Below, piece by piece: positions 59,630 through 64,000 of a stretch of DNA of 64,000 nt (within the stretch, counting starts at the first letter, position 1; each line of letters opens with the position of its first letter). Under the pieces are notes generated by a model. It saw only the letters and a list, made by a program, of their open reading frames with translations. It did not search any database and had not been told where the DNA came from. Origin of the DNA: Macrostomum lignano (lineage: Eukaryota). Both the position numbers and the translations under genes were made by a program. Where the stretch lies: the NCBI GenBank assembly GCA_002269645.1, contig NIVC01001007.1, positions 318,961 to 382,960 of the forward strand, given 5' to 3'.

Positions 59630-60195
59630 TATGGGATTCCCGAATCAGATGAGTCTTGGCATCTCCGGGATTCCCTAAGGAGTCTTGGCATCTTCGGGAT
59701 TCCCCAATGCGTCTTGGCATTTCCGGGATTCCCCAATGCGTCTTGGCATTTCCGGGATTCCCCAACAATTCTTAGCATCTCCGGAATTTCCCAAGGAGTT
59801 TTGGAATTTCCGGGATTCCCCAACGAGTCTTGGCATCTCCGGGATTCCTCAATAAGTTTTGACATCTCTGGGATTCACCAATGAGCTTTGGCATCTCGGG
59901 ATTTCCCAATGAGTCTTAGCATCTCCGGGATTCCCCAAATGAGTTTTGGCATCTCCGGGATTCCCCAATGAGTCTTGGCATCTCGGGATTCCCCCAATGA
60001 ATCCTGGATCCTGGCATCTCTGGGATTTCCCAAAGAGCATTGGCATCCCATTCCCCAATGAGTCTTGGCATCTCCGGGATTCCCCAATGAATCTTGGCAT
60101 ATCTGGGATTCCCCAATGAATCTTGGCATATCTGGGATTCCCAATGAGTCTTGGCATCTCCGGGACTCCCCAATGAGCTGTCTTGGCATCTCAGC
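59630..60195. repeat. ~29-bp degenerate minisatellite (GGATTCCCCAATGAGTCTTGGCATCTCCG)
   Basis: Visible periodicity with many indels. Confidence 0.85.
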
Positions 60196-61186
60196 AACTC
60201 TTTAAGCCTCGAAATTAATCATTATTTAGCAATGGCTTTAAAGAATAAATAGAATTAACACTAACTTCGACATCTCATCACGTAAACATTTTAAGCTCAT
60301 AATGCAAGCAAAGTTTAAGTACTGCCTTTTTGATAAGAACATTTTAATCCTTTAGAACAAATAATTTAGGTCGAAAAAATCCATCTAAAACTCGATTCGA
60401 ATATTTTTTTATTAATTAGATGTACTTTCCAATCGTCAGGCCTTTGACATTGGCGTTAGCCCCATGGGATTTCACAACCCGCCAGCCCAAATGAATGTGG
60501 GGCTCACGCATGAAAAGTTCTAAATGTACTTCACAAATAGACCCTTCATTTCGACACGAAAGTTTTTTGAAAGATTCCTTAACCTACCTAATCTGCTAGT
60601 AAATTATAACAATAAATAAACGAAGCCAGAAGAGAACAGCCAAGTGACCAATCAAAAAAATTTTTTCAGAAGAAAATCCAGATGGTTCAATTGCACCTGG
60701 AACACCATTTCAGACAATTTTTCAACCACCATAAATTCCCAATTTTTTTATCTGTGCAGCGCATAATTTTGCAAAACAAATTCGATCTCACTCGATATAA
60801 ACGATCGATTGCAAAACAATTGTGCTTTAAATTTCACAATACACACATACACACGATATAGAAGTGATATTTGAAGATTTTTTAAAATTAAAAAAAATCA
60901 CAAAACATAAACACAGAGGGCAAAGAGATGCGCAATTCAAAACTATGCGAGTTGAAGTAATAGCCGCAATAACAAAAAATGCCAACACCATTCACAATAC
61001 AATATTATGAAGTCATAACAGATTTAGGATTACTATAATAGAAATCGAATGGTTCAGAGATAGATTATATAATTATTAATTAGTATGGGAATTTATCAAC
61101 ACCCACAACAGTACAATCTAAAGGTACTGAGTACACAAAACAAAAACATTTCTTCATCATGTTTTGACATGTTGATTTCTCTGACA

Positions 61187-61958
61187 CATTAGTGTCATCA
61201 GTGACACAACAGTGACATTAGTGACACACTAAGTGACATTAGTGACACACTACGAGTAAGTGACATCAGTGACACACAGTGACATTAGTGACACACTAAG
61301 TGACATCAGTGACACACAGTGACATTAGTGACACACTAAGTGACATCAGTGACACACAGTGACATCAGTGACACACTAAGTGACATCACTGACACACTAA
61401 GTGACATCAGTGACACATCAATGACACATCAATGACACATCAGTGACTTCAGTGGCACAGCAATGACTTCAGTGACATTAGTGACACACTAGTGATATCA
61501 GTGGCATAGCAGTGACACATTAGTGACATCAGTGGCATAGCAGTGACACATTAGTGACATAAGTGAAACAGCAGTGACACATTAGTGGCATCAGTGAAAC
61601 AGCAGTGACACATTAGTGACATCAGTGAAACAGCAGTGACACATTAGTGACATCAGTGAAACAGCAGTGACACATTAGTGACATCAGTGAAACAGCAGTG
61701 ACACATTAGTGACATCAGTGAAACAGCTGTGACACATTAGTGACAACAGTGACACAACAGGGACATCAGTGACACAGCAGTGACATCAGTGACACAGCGG
61801 ACATCAGTGACACAGCAGGGACATCAGTGACACATTAGTGACATCAGTGACACAGCAGGGACATCAGTGACACAGCAGGGACATCAGTGACACAACAGGG
61901 ACATCAGTGACACAGCAGTGACATCAGTGACACAGCAGTGACATCAGTGACACATCAG
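61187..61958. repeat. GTGACATCAGTGACACAGCA-type compound repeat abutting the UFSP2 stop codon
   Basis: 9-11 bp subunits organised in 20-31 bp blocks. Confidence 0.9.
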
Positions 61959-64000
61959 TCAGACGCCCATATCCGGCTGCGGTATGCACAAATTGTAGTG
62001 CACATCGGATTTAAAAAACGAGGCGGATTTCCAACCGCACCAGCCGTCTTTGCTGAGCTGCTTGGCGTCCGTCTCGGAGCCGGTGTAGTGCGGATCCAGC
62101 ACTAGCCAGCGCACCTCGCCGCTGGCCTCGTTCAGACTGCAGCCAAGCAGAGTGTGGGCGTACTGGCCGCCGCCAATCATCACCGGGCAGCCGATGGTTT
62201 CGAAATGATGCAACAGCAGACGGGCCTGGCATTGTGTTGCAGCATGAGATGAAAGGGCAGTGAGCTGCTTCTTGTATAGTGGCTGTGCTAATCTGTCTGG
62301 CTAACTGCTCCCTAATCTGGCTATCTGCTCCATAATCTGTCTGGCTATCTGCTCCCTAATCTGGCTATCTGCTCCCTTATCTGTCTGGCTATCTGCTCCC
62401 TAATCTGGCTATCTGCTCCCTAATCTGGCTATCTGCTCCCTAATCTGGCTATCTGCTCCCTTATCTGTCTGGCTATCTGCTGCCTAATCTGGCTATCTGC
62501 TCCTAATCTGGCTATCTGCTCCCTTATTTGTCTGGCTATCTGCTCCCTAATCTGGCTATCTGCTCCCTAATCTGGCTATCTGCTCCATAATCTGTCTGGC
62601 TATCTGCTCCCTAATCTGGCTATCTGCTCCCTTATCTGTCTGGCTATCTGCTCCATAATCTGTCTGGCTATCTGCTCCCTAATCTGGCTATCTGCTCCAT
62701 AATCTGTCTGGCTATCTACTCCATAATCTGTCTGGCTATCTGCTCCCTAATCTGTCTGGCTATCTGCTCCATAATCTGTCTGGCTATCTGCTCCCTAATC
62801 TGTCTGGCTATCTGCTCCCTAATCTGTCTGGCTATCTGCTCCATAATCTGTCTGGCTATCTGCTCCATAATCTGTCTGGCTATCTACTCCATAATCTGTC
62901 TGGCTATCTACTCCCTAATCTGTCTGGCTATCTGCTTCCTAATCTGTCTGGCTATCTGCTCCCTAATCTGGCTATCTGCTCCCTAATCTGGCTTTGTTTT
63001 CTAATCTGGCTATCTGCTCCCTAATCTGGCTACCTACTCTAATCTGGATATCTGCTCCCTAATCTGGCTATCTACTCCCCAATCTGTCCCATTTTCAAAT
63101 TCGAAAGATCAGGAAGAAGCTCATGAAAGACCTCACCTGTTCAGGCAGGTCAACACCCGAGACACGTGCACCAGACGGGCGGCAACTCCGGTTAAACTTT
63201 TCAACGCGTAGGACAGTTCCACAGCGCCAAGCCACTGCCTAGATCCGATCAATGACTTCGGCTTGTCGCCCAGATCAACCAAGGCTCGTTGGATTGCTTC
63301 GTGTTTAGGCACGGGAGCGTCTATAACACCGCGACGGCGCAACCAAGACACGATGGTTTGCAGAGATCTGTGAGAGGATTATTTTTCCCGTCGGAAAAAT
63401 GGAGTATCGAAAAATATGAATTGTCGGAGTTATGAATTTCTGAGGATATAAAGAGTCGGAGATGTGAAGTGTCGGAGATCAGAAGTGTCGGAGATCTGAA
63501 TTGTCGGAGATCAGAAGTGTCGGAGATCTGAATTGTCGGAGATCAGAAGTGTCGGAGATCTGAATTGTCGGAGATCAGAAGTGTCTGAGATCTGAATTGT
63601 CGGAGATCAGAAGTGTCGAGATCTGAAGTCGGAGATCGGAGTCGAAGACATGAAGTTGGAGACAAGAAGTCGGAGATATGAAGTGTCGCAGATATGAAAT
63701 TGGAGATGTGAGTTGTCGGAGACATGAAGTCGGAGATAGTCCATTCAAATTCAACAAGACCAACCTGTAGGCGCAGCCCCAGCCGGAGTCGTGGAAGCCG
63801 CAGCTGCCATAGTGATAATAAGCATAATCTCCTTGCACTAGCCGGGTGACCCAAGGCGCTGTATCCGGCTGCGGCTTGGCCTTCAAATGCGGATTAATCA
63901 CTAGCTACCAGACTCATCTTCATCAGCTCCATTTCCAGCATCACTAGTAGACAGCAGCTGGTCTGCAGCGAACTTCAGTCGCATTGCTGGCCAGAACACT
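61959..64000 (-). CDS. UFSP2: Ufm1-specific protease (UFSP2-like), 3' part; 5' end lies beyond the window
   Basis: Exons >=63999-63765, 63367-63137, 62225-61959. Catalytic motifs YYHY, GWGCAYRSLQT, PVMIGGG, LDPHYTG. Coding-like sequence continues upstream of INPH, which favours UFSP2 over UFSP1. Two apparent 1-bp deletions at ~63157 and ~63905. Confidence 0.88.
62285..63088. repeat. 20/24-bp minisatellite (GCTATCTGCTCCCTAATCTG[TCTG])n in a UFSP2 intron
   Basis: Visible periodicity. Confidence 0.93.
63420..63742. repeat. 16-bp minisatellite (GTCGGAGATCAGAAGT)n in a UFSP2 intron
   Basis: Shares the ATCTCCGAC core with the CNTLN intron 5 array. Confidence 0.88.

Overview
Eukaryotic (metazoan) genomic DNA, not prokaryotic. 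GC-rich exons with GT-AG introns are separated by AT-rich spacers, and nearly every large intron is filled by its own minisatellite. The style resembles a free-living flatworm such as Macrostomum lignano, but that is inference only. I assembled gene models by hand from splice sites and reading phase: ARH1-like ADP-ribosylarginine hydrolase (+, 6 exons), centlein (-, 10 exons), WIP/verprolin-like WH2 protein (-), a ~1595-aa AT-hook-like low-complexity protein (+), a ~959-aa protein with two degenerate KH-like modules (+), three tandem PM20D2-like M20D peptidases (-), and the 3' part of UFSP2 (-). Mobile DNA includes two copies of a tRNA-derived SINE, an RTE-like LINE fragment, an internally deleted Tc1 element and several foldback elements. 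The best leads are: (1) the PM20D2 triplet, a mosaic of near-identical tracts around a hypervariable active-site-adjacent patch, with one intron presence/absence difference; (2) a 28-29 bp repeat family found at three loci in the same orientation relative to the neighbouring gene; (3) CCCG-ended foldback elements; (4) splice acceptors just upstream of start codons, suggesting possible SL trans-splicing or operons. Three 1-bp frameshifts near the right end look like long-read errors. I found no clearly new multi-gene system. Most long ORFs in the supplied track are translations of tandem repeats.
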